Assembly: GCA_963665845.2 (NCBI GenBank)
Contig: OY762492.1
Span: forward strand, 1,920,001 to 1,984,000
From: Candidatus Poribacteria bacterium
Lineage (GTDB): Bacteria > Poribacteria > WGA-4E > GCA-2687025
Direction of reading: 5' to 3'
Length of the DNA: 64,000 nt
Position numbers and translations under genes: made by a program. Below, piece by piece: positions 57,234 to 64,000 of the stretch (positions within the stretch are counted from its first letter, which is position 1; every line of letters starts with the position of its first letter). The notes under the pieces are model-generated. The model made no database searches, was not told where the DNA came from, and was given only the letters and a program-made list of their open reading frames with translations.

Positions 57234-57448
57234 CAGTAGTATTTCGGCGCGGCGTCGTTGTTTTTCGCCTGGGCGCGCAGCAGTTGGCGCTGTCGGCGCA
57301 TCAGTTTTCGGCGCCGTTTTTCGCTCGGTTTTTCGTACGCCATGCGGCGTTTCATTTCGCGGCGGAGTCCTTCCCGCTCGCACAGTTTTTTAAATCGGTT
57401 CAGCACGCGATCGATGGAGTCGTCGCTGCTCACATTCACTTTCGGCAA
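57233..57448 (-). CDS. rpsU: 30S ribosomal protein S21
   Basis: L.RFKK...EG...E......YEKPS..RR. GGAGGT RBS before a TTG start. Confidence 0.93.
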   Translation of the reverse strand: MPKVNVSSDDSIDRVLNRFKKLCEREGLRREMKRRMAYEKPSEKRRRKLMRRQRQLLRAQAKNNDAAPKYY

Positions 57449-57507
57449 AACATACCTCCGTTGTTTTGTTGACGGGCGCCCTTTTCATACAATGCGCCCA
57501 TGTACAG

Positions 57508-57536
57508 AGTATAACGCAAAGGCGCGGACGATGCAA
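57508..57536 (-). promoter_or_regulatory. sigma70-type promoter of rpsU
   Basis: TTGCAT-N17-TATACT. Confidence 0.7.
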
Positions 57537-57549
57537 CTCAAGCAGGAAT

Positions 57550-57740
57550 CTGGCAGTACGCCCATGCGATGAATTTCATTTGACCCTAAAGCGTCGGAAC
57601 CGCCTGACGTCATTCCCGCGTAAGCGGGAATCTTAAGGCATCGCAGTCGCTGCGCCTGTTTTAAACCCCCCTAGCCCCCCTTTTCAAGGGGGGAATCGGA
57701 CGCTCCACGCCGCGAATATCCCTTATGGGAGTACTACCAG
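57550..57740 (+). mobile_element. Complete family B MITE-like element (191 bp)
   Basis: TIRs CTGGCAGTACGCCCAT and ATGGGAGTACTACCAG enclose an ATTCCC-N8-GGGAAT core and a CCCCCTAGCCCCCTT/AAGGGGG hairpin. Confidence 0.8.
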
Positions 57741-57752
57741 AAATCTTAACCG

Positions 57753-58427
57753 TTACCCGACGATGCGCCCGTCGCGCATCTCAATGACGCGGTCGGCAGA
57801 CTGCTCAAGCGCCGTCTGGTGCGTCGCGATGACGACAGCGGCTCCAAACTGCTCGCGCAGCTCCGCAACCAGCGCCAGCAGGTTGGCGGATTGGCGGCTG
57901 TCGAGATTGGCGGTCGGCTCGTCCGCGAAGATCACCTTCGGGTTGTTCGCCAACGCGCGCGCGAAAGAGACGCGCTGCTTTTCACCCCCAGAAAGCTGCC
58001 CAGGGCGGTGCGTCAACCGATGCTCCAAGCCGACCTGACGCAGCAGTTCTTCCGCTCTGTTTTCCGCCTCGGCGCCTTTTTTGCCGGCGACATCCAGCGC
58101 CAGCAGCACATTTTCAAGCGCCGACAGATACGGCGCCAGGTTGAACATCTGAAACACAAAGCCGATTTTCTCTCGGCGCAGGCGGGGCAGAACGCGCTCA
58201 TCGCTGTAGTCCACCTCAGCGCCCTCCAGCAGCGTCGTCCCTTCGCTCGGTCTCAAGATGCATCCAAGCATGCTCATGAGAGTCGTCTTGCCGCAGCCGC
58301 TGTCGCCTTTTAACATCGCCAGCTCGCCGCTCTGGACGGCGATGTCAACGCCGTTGACAGCGGTCACCTGGGCGTCTCCCTCCCCGAACCGCTTCACTAA
58401 GCCGACGCCTTCGATGACAGCGCTCAT
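57753..58427 (-). CDS. ABC transporter ATP-binding protein (LolD/MacB-like)
   Basis: GDSGCGKTT, GFVFQMFNL, LSGGEKQRV, ADEPTANLD. Confidence 0.92.
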   Translation of the reverse strand: MSAVIEGVGLVKRFGEGDAQVTAVNGVDIAVQSGELAMLKGDSGCGKTTLMSMLGCILRPSEGTTLLEGAEVDYSDERVLPRLRREKIGFVFQMFNLAPYLSALENVLLALDVAGKKGAEAENRAEELLRQVGLEHRLTHRPGQLSGGEKQRVSFARALANNPKVIFADEPTANLDSRQSANLLALVAELREQFGAAVVIATHQTALEQSADRVIEMRDGRIVG

Positions 58428-58444
58428 TTTACGCTCCTTTTTCG

Positions 58445-59668
58445 TTACACTTCGCCGCGGAAGGCGATCATCGGATCAACGCGGGCGGCGCGCCTTGCGG
58501 CGATCCATCCCCCCAAAAGGCAGACCGCCAAACTGACCGCCGAAACGATGCACGCTATTATCGGACTGATTAGCACAAAGAACGGAAAGACCTGAGCGAC
58601 GGCGGTAGCATACGCCAGCGCGACCGCCAGCAAGACGCCCAGAACCGACATCAATCCGATCTGGTTTAAAATGAGCCGCATCACATAGCCGTTGTCGGCG
58701 CCGACCGCCTTCATAATGCCGATTTCGCGCGTCTTTTCGAAGGTTGTCACATACGCGGTCATCCCGACAATGAGCGCCGAGGCGATACATAAAAGTGTTT
58801 GCAAAAACCTAACGCCCTTCATCGGTTCATCCACATAGTTTTTACGAATGTTGTCGATCGTCTCTTCGGTGGTGTGAACATCGACGCCGATGAGGCCTGT
58901 CTGAGGATCAGACAGGACGTCTTTGAGATCGTCGGCGCCATCCTCCTCAGCCGCCTTCACAATAAAGGTGTTCACATAGATCACATCCTGCAGCGCGACG
59001 CGCCGCGCGACATTGATGTCGGTAAAAATGAACGGCGTATCGAAGAGGAACATCATGTCTTCAACAACGCCGACCACTTTCAGCTCATGCCCGCCGACCT
59101 CTATCGATTCGCCAACTTCCAAGCCGAGCGATTTGTCATCGGACACGACGCACTCCATCGGGATGTCTTGTCCAGGGGCGTACTCTTTAGTGGATTGAAA
59201 CATTCTGCCGCGCGCGATGTCGGAGCGTTTCGGTCCGCCTAGTTTTCCAGCGCGGTATCCGACCACCACCGCTTTCACCTCCTGCTCCATATTTTTTTTG
59301 CGAATCGTCGGGCGGGAGGGAGCGAATATGAACGGGTAAACGCCCTTGTCGTTCCTGTTTTCTTCGTCAAGTATCCGGATCAGATTGCGTTCCTCGCCGG
59401 AGGGGGAGCGGACGACGCCAACGCCGGAAACGGCGGGGACAACCGTCTCGGAGTTCAGCAGCGTGAACCCGACAAAGACGCCCCCGCTGCGTTCGCGCGA
59501 TACCCATACATCCGCGCCGGTCGACTCGACAAAACGACTCGCCTGCCAATACATCCCTGTTATGATTCCTTCGAAAAGCAAGATCATTAGGCTAAGAGAC
59601 GCGACGCCCGCGACGGTCAGGGCGGCGCGCCCGCGCCGATAACGCAGGTCTTTCCACAAAAAACGCAC
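58445..59668 (-). CDS. ABC transporter permease (FtsX/MacB family)
   Basis: REIGIMKAVGA, AARRAARVDP, one N-terminal plus three C-terminal TM segments. Confidence 0.9.
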   Translation of the reverse strand: MRFLWKDLRYRRGRAALTVAGVASLSLMILLFEGIITGMYWQASRFVESTGADVWVSRERSGGVFVGFTLLNSETVVPAVSGVGVVRSPSGEERNLIRILDEENRNDKGVYPFIFAPSRPTIRKKNMEQEVKAVVVGYRAGKLGGPKRSDIARGRMFQSTKEYAPGQDIPMECVVSDDKSLGLEVGESIEVGGHELKVVGVVEDMMFLFDTPFIFTDINVARRVALQDVIYVNTFIVKAAEEDGADDLKDVLSDPQTGLIGVDVHTTEETIDNIRKNYVDEPMKGVRFLQTLLCIASALIVGMTAYVTTFEKTREIGIMKAVGADNGYVMRLILNQIGLMSVLGVLLAVALAYATAVAQVFPFFVLISPIIACIVSAVSLAVCLLGGWIAARRAARVDPMIAFRGEV

Positions 59669-60583
59669 TTAGGTTCCCATCATGTCGAGTAGAACCGCCT
59701 TCTGCAGATGGAGGCGGTTTTCTGCCTGGTCAAAAATGATCGACCGGTCGGAGTCAGCCACCTCGTCCGTTACCTCATGCCCGCGGTGCGCAGGCAGGCA
59801 GTGCATGAACAGCGCGCCGTCGGGCGCCTTGCGCATCAGATCGGCGTTCACCTGATACGGCTCATACGCTTTCTGACGCTCCGGCGTCGGTTTTTCATGC
59901 ATGGAGAACCAGACGTCCGTATATATAATGTCGGCGTTCTGGACGGCGGCGGACGGATCATGCGTCAGCAAGATTTGCGCATCGGTTTGACGGGCGGCTT
60001 GTTGGGCGAACTGAAACGCGCTCGGGTCGGGCGATTCGCCTTTCGGAGAACAGACGGTCAAATGCGCGCCGAACTGCGGAAAGGCATGCAGCATGGAGTG
60101 AACGAGGTTGTTGTTGGCGGGACCGAGGAAGGCGGTACGGACGCCTTCAAGCCGCCCCGTATGTTCATGGATCGTCATCAGGTCGGACAGGATCTGGCAG
60201 GGGTGGTTGAAGTTCGTCAGCCCGTTGATGACCGGGATGGAGGCGTTGTCCGCCATCTCCAGCAGCATGTCGTGTTCATAGAGGCGGACGGCGAGCGCGT
60301 CCACATATCTGGAGAGCGTTCGGACCGTGTCGGGGATCGTTTCGCCGCGGCTCATCTGCGTCGTGTCGGGGTTCAGGTAGATGGAGCCGCCGCCGAGCTG
60401 GATCATGGCGGCTTCAAAGGAGACGCGCGTGCGCGTGGAGCTTTTGAGAAAGAGCAAGGCGAGAGTCTTGCCGCGCAACGCGCCGCTTTCCGCGCCGCGG
60501 TTCTGTTTCAACGCAAGGGCGCGGTCGATATACTGCCGCAGCTCGCGGACGGTGAAATCGTTGAGAGCCAGAAAACGCTTCAT
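59669..60583 (-). CDS. argF: Ornithine carbamoyltransferase
   Basis: SSTRTRVSF, HPCQ, YTDVW.SM, HCLP, QAENRLH.QKA. Confidence 0.96.
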   Translation of the reverse strand: MKRFLALNDFTVRELRQYIDRALALKQNRGAESGALRGKTLALLFLKSSTRTRVSFEAAMIQLGGGSIYLNPDTTQMSRGETIPDTVRTLSRYVDALAVRLYEHDMLLEMADNASIPVINGLTNFNHPCQILSDLMTIHEHTGRLEGVRTAFLGPANNNLVHSMLHAFPQFGAHLTVCSPKGESPDPSAFQFAQQAARQTDAQILLTHDPSAAVQNADIIYTDVWFSMHEKPTPERQKAYEPYQVNADLMRKAPDGALFMHCLPAHRGHEVTDEVADSDRSIIFDQAENRLHLQKAVLLDMMGT

Positions 60584-60606
60584 TTCTCATCCCCTATAAA
60601 AGATTT

Positions 60607-60635
60607 ATTTTAGCAGGGGAGTTCGGAAAAGTCAA
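60607..60635 (-). promoter_or_regulatory. sigma70-type promoter of argF
   Basis: TTGACT-N17-TAAAAT. Confidence 0.7.
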
Positions 60636-60651
60636 AAAACGCGCTTCCGTT

Positions 60652-61002
60652 TCAGATCATGCCTTTCAGAAAGAGGCTGACGAGCGCGATCAAAATTCCT
60701 GTTTGGAACGCAAAAAGCAATTTCATTTGGTTTTGAAGGGAAATCAACCGCTTCTCCATTCCCTCTACCCGGCTCGTCAGCGCCGCAAGCGCAATTCGCG
60801 TTTCTGTGTGTTCGCTTTTGAGTTCGGACTTCGCCTCCGCGATTTCGCTTCGGACAGCCGCGATGTCATCTTTGAATTCTGACCGAAGATTCGCGGTTTC
60901 ATCTTTGAAATCGTACCGAAGATTCGCGATGTCCAGCTTTGTCGCGTAAGCGTTTGGATCCAGCGGAAGACCCTCGTTCTGGGGTTCCTGCGTTGTGTTC
61001 AT
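60652..61002 (-). CDS. DUF1640/CCDC90-like coiled-coil protein with C-terminal membrane anchor
   Basis: ATKLDI, 11-residue repeats (ANLRYDFKDET/ANLRSEFKDDI), C-terminal TM. Promoter TTGCGT-N17-TATCAT at 61069-61041. Confidence 0.78.
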   Translation of the reverse strand: MNTTQEPQNEGLPLDPNAYATKLDIANLRYDFKDETANLRSEFKDDIAAVRSEIAEAKSELKSEHTETRIALAALTSRVEGMEKRLISLQNQMKLLFAFQTGILIALVSLFLKGMI

Positions 61003-61124
61003 AGCGCGTCTCCTTCATGGGAATCTGTCAACGCCTCAACATGATACGCCGACGCGGCGCATGACGCAAACCCGTCTTTGCCCGACCGCGTCATCCCCGC
61101 CTCTTCATTGCACGGACGTTTGTC

Positions 61125-61709
61125 TCAACTTTCAAGAGTGAGTGCTTTTGTCAGCGCATCGAATGCTTTGGCGCATTCGCGCAGCGCAGCGATTAGTTGG
61201 TGAATGTCATCCGCATTTTTGATTTCATCGAATGCTATATTTACATCGAGAATTTCGCTTTTTAACGAAATTTGCAGGTTGAACTTTGTTTCCGACTGGA
61301 TTTGATCAACATGTTGCGTCACAAATTTTGACGCTTTCGCTTCAATGATAGTGTCTCGTTCGAGTGCAGTGATTGTATTGAAGATTTTTTGATGTAGGAG
61401 ATGTTTAGAAATCTTGGTACTGGGTAGAACTTTTTCTGGATTCCAAACAACCTCCCCAAATTTAGAGGAGATTTCGTTTGCGAATTCTTTGGGTAGAAAA
61501 TCACGAATCTTTGTCATTGCCTTGTTGTAGGAGGTTTTTAGACTCGCTAGTTCTTCATCCACTTGAGATTCGAGCCGTCTTTTTTCTCCCAACTTCCTGA
61601 GCAGGTTTTGCTGATGCTCTTTTTTAGACATTCTGTGTCCCTCCGTTGTTGTGGCTGGCGTAATTACCAATCTGCCAAAAATTTTGCCGCGTGGTTTTCG
61701 GGAAGTCAA
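61125..61709 (-). CDS. Hypothetical helical protein, AT-rich
   Basis: Open frame with markedly low GC. The likely start is MSKKEH, after GGAGG. Confidence 0.6.
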   Translation of the reverse strand: MTSRKPRGKIFGRLVITPATTTEGHRMSKKEHQQNLLRKLGEKRRLESQVDEELASLKTSYNKAMTKIRDFLPKEFANEISSKFGEVVWNPEKVLPSTKISKHLLHQKIFNTITALERDTIIEAKASKFVTQHVDQIQSETKFNLQISLKSEILDVNIAFDEIKNADDIHQLIAALRECAKAFDALTKALTLES

Positions 61710-61732
61710 ATTTTTCTGGGTTTATTTAGCGG

Positions 61733-63151
61733 CTATCCGTTCGGCGGCCCCTGGTTGCTGCGAGCGATGATCTCTTGCCGACGCTTGATCCAGCCCTTGT
61801 CGGTCAACAGCTTGATCAGCTCCTCATGCGACTTCGTACCTTTATGCGCGTTGCATGATCCGCAAAGCAGCTGCAGATTGCTGATATGGTCGTTGCCGCC
61901 ATTCGCGCGCGGGATGATATGATCCACCTGAAAATGCCGCGGCTCAAAATGCGTCCCGCAAGCGGTGCAGTAACCGCCCTGCTGTCCATAAAGATAACGG
62001 CGGTTCTCGGCACAATTGTATTTTGGGATTTTGCCCAAGTCGGTTCGTTTGGGAATGTCGGTTCGATGCGCGCCTTGATACGCCAACCCAAGCTCTTCTC
62101 GCAGGCGCGACTGAACAAGATCCGCCGCCTTCTCCGAGATGTCGATACCGACCCAATTCCGCTGGAGCTGTTCAGCCGCAATGCATGTCGTCGCGCAGCC
62201 GCAGAACGGATCCAAAACCATATCGCCCTCATTTGAGGACCCCTTGATGATGCGGTGAAGAAGCGCCAGCGGCTTTTGCGTCGGATAGCCGGTGCGCTCG
62301 GCGGTACCGGAAGACAGCGGCGCGACATCGTCCCAGATGTCATTCACCGGGACGCCTTTTTTGTCCGCCAGATAATTCTTATAGCGGTGACTTTTTGCGT
62401 TCGGGCGTCTTACCAGGCGTCCGTCAGCTTCCAGCTCAGCTATCCGCTCTGGCGTCGCTGCTGCCAGCTCCGACAGCGTGTAGGGTCCGCGTCCATCGCC
62501 GTCATCGTGTTTGTAGTTTCGGCGGACGTATTCAGGATCGTAGGGTCGGTACTGCATGACAAAGCTTGAGGGATCCCCGTATGCTAGCACCGTATCGTGA
62601 TCAGTCGGATACCGCCTGGACCTGGCTTTACTACTCGCCGTGCTGGTGACCCGCTTCCATACGATCTCGTTCTGAAACGCTTTCGCCCCGAACACCGCAT
62701 CCATCAGCAGCCGTAGGTATGAGTTCGCTGTCGGGTCGCAATGGAGATAGATGGAGCCTTTCGGTTTCAGCAGCCTGCGCATTTCCATGACGCGGATCGA
62801 CATGTAAATCAGGTAACTCATCATGGAGGCGCCGTGTATCTCGCGCGTTGTCGTCAGGAGAGCGTAGAGACCAGGATAAGCATGCTTGATCTCGCCATGC
62901 CAGACCAGTTTGACATCGTCCAGCCCCCAGGTGTCTTTGAAGGCGGCGCCTGCCGCTTTGCTTCCGATGGGCGCGGCGTAATTCGCCTTGCTGTTGAACG
63001 GCGGGTCAAGGTAAATCAGGTCGACACTGTCGGAGTTCATGCCGCGCATGATGTCCAGGTTGTCGCCTGTCCAGATTGTTTGCGAGTTGAAGTTGGCGCT
63101 CGTTATTTTTCGTTCCTTTCTTTTGAAAATAGGGCGGATTGTACCGCCCAT
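61733..63151 (-). CDS. DNA methyltransferase (N6/N4) fused to C-terminal HNH endonuclease
   Basis: LDPPFNS, YPTQKP, LDPFCGC, then CTAC...VDHIIP...GG.D...NLQLLCGSCN. Confidence 0.9.
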   Translation of the reverse strand: MGGTIRPIFKRKERKITSANFNSQTIWTGDNLDIMRGMNSDSVDLIYLDPPFNSKANYAAPIGSKAAGAAFKDTWGLDDVKLVWHGEIKHAYPGLYALLTTTREIHGASMMSYLIYMSIRVMEMRRLLKPKGSIYLHCDPTANSYLRLLMDAVFGAKAFQNEIVWKRVTSTASSKARSRRYPTDHDTVLAYGDPSSFVMQYRPYDPEYVRRNYKHDDGDGRGPYTLSELAAATPERIAELEADGRLVRRPNAKSHRYKNYLADKKGVPVNDIWDDVAPLSSGTAERTGYPTQKPLALLHRIIKGSSNEGDMVLDPFCGCATTCIAAEQLQRNWVGIDISEKAADLVQSRLREELGLAYQGAHRTDIPKRTDLGKIPKYNCAENRRYLYGQQGGYCTACGTHFEPRHFQVDHIIPRANGGNDHISNLQLLCGSCNAHKGTKSHEELIKLLTDKGWIKRRQEIIARSNQGPPNG

Positions 63152-63191
63152 TCTCTTTTTGGACGGTGTGAGTCAGAGACGGCTGGCTGCT

Positions 63192-63692
63192 TTACACGCT
63201 GCCCGACATCTCTTTTTTCACCCAACCCTTGCACGTCGTAGTTCCTTCCCTAGAAAAAAGCTTTGACGGCATTACAAACTGGACGATCCCATAGGAGTCG
63301 TCGCACGTTTTTACTCCTTTGAACATGAACACGCACTCGTCATCTGCGTCCAGAATCGTCCTCGGCCTTTGTGTGTTCATACCGGCCGTCATTATGTCTT
63401 CGTGAACCTCATTCCCTGGCTCGTATTCGACCGTGAACAAGAGTGTCCTCTTCATGGATCCTTCGTCACGGATCGGCTCATCCTGACCGAATTCAGGATA
63501 CTCTGTTACAACCCAGGAGTTGCGACGCCAGAGCGCGCCAGGAAGGATCCTCGTCACTTCCAACAGCTCAGCCGCTGTTGGTTTGACGAGGTCGCTGTCG
63601 GCATTGCCCCGCTTCTTTGCGAGGAAAAGCGTTTTCCCCCGTTTCATTTCCGCTTTCGGTATTCTTCGTTTCATATACCGAACCCCTTCCAA
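63192..63692 (-). CDS. Hypothetical protein
   Basis: About 160-aa ORF with GAAGGGG upstream of MKRRIP. No motif recognised. Confidence 0.5.
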   Translation of the reverse strand: MEGVRYMKRRIPKAEMKRGKTLFLAKKRGNADSDLVKPTAAELLEVTRILPGALWRRNSWVVTEYPEFGQDEPIRDEGSMKRTLLFTVEYEPGNEVHEDIMTAGMNTQRPRTILDADDECVFMFKGVKTCDDSYGIVQFVMPSKLFSREGTTTCKGWVKKEMSGSV

Positions 63693-64000
63693 TGTTGTGG
63701 GGGCGGAGCCAATCTCCCCCTGTGTGTGCCGTTACCGGCGACCTGTTTTGATCACTCCCAAGACGCTACACCGAAACCTGCGGCGAGGCGGTGAAACAAA
63801 TCAACGTTCATGACTGCAATGGGACGATGCGGCTGGATCGTCAAGGTAAAATTGATCAGCCCGCATTTCTTACACATCTGCATCCCCCGTGCAGTAAGTA
63901 AAACAGACCCTGATATTTACAGGTTACATGAATTTTCGGAATTGTGCAAGCGGAGTCGTCTGCAAAAATATGTCCGACTCGATATGCCGAAGAGGGCCCT

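Noticed and set aside
63791-63901. Short ORF starting MKQINVH, resembling a Phd antitoxin N-terminus
   Set aside because: The similarity ends after 7 residues and no toxin gene is visible.

Overview
GC-rich bacterial chromosome segment. It is probably from a Candidatus Poribacteria-like organism, inferred from the VDPxGKxxxxWGxxK C-terminal tails, sulfatases, TolB-like and PhyH proteins. It carries housekeeping genes (tkt, rpmH, rpsU, alr, purU, lysA, dapF, argF, murQ, rfbB, livHMGF, two tRNAs), glycan/sulfate catabolic genes and an Omp85/TolB/lipoprotein cluster. Several visibly lower-GC accessory genes are interspersed: a sacsin-like ATPase with a C-terminal nuclease, a triple-HRDC protein and a methyltransferase-HNH fusion. 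The most striking signal is non-coding. A modular family of MITE-like intergenic elements, built around an ATTCCC-N8-GGGAAT palindrome, has ends that repeatedly lie 11-13 nt upstream of sigma70-type -35 hexamers. The palindrome arms also anchor local tandem amplifications of 22, 26 and about 167 bp, the last copying the 5' end of a gene. No transposase, CRISPR array or rRNA gene was recognised. All calls come from reading the sequence; no database searches were run.
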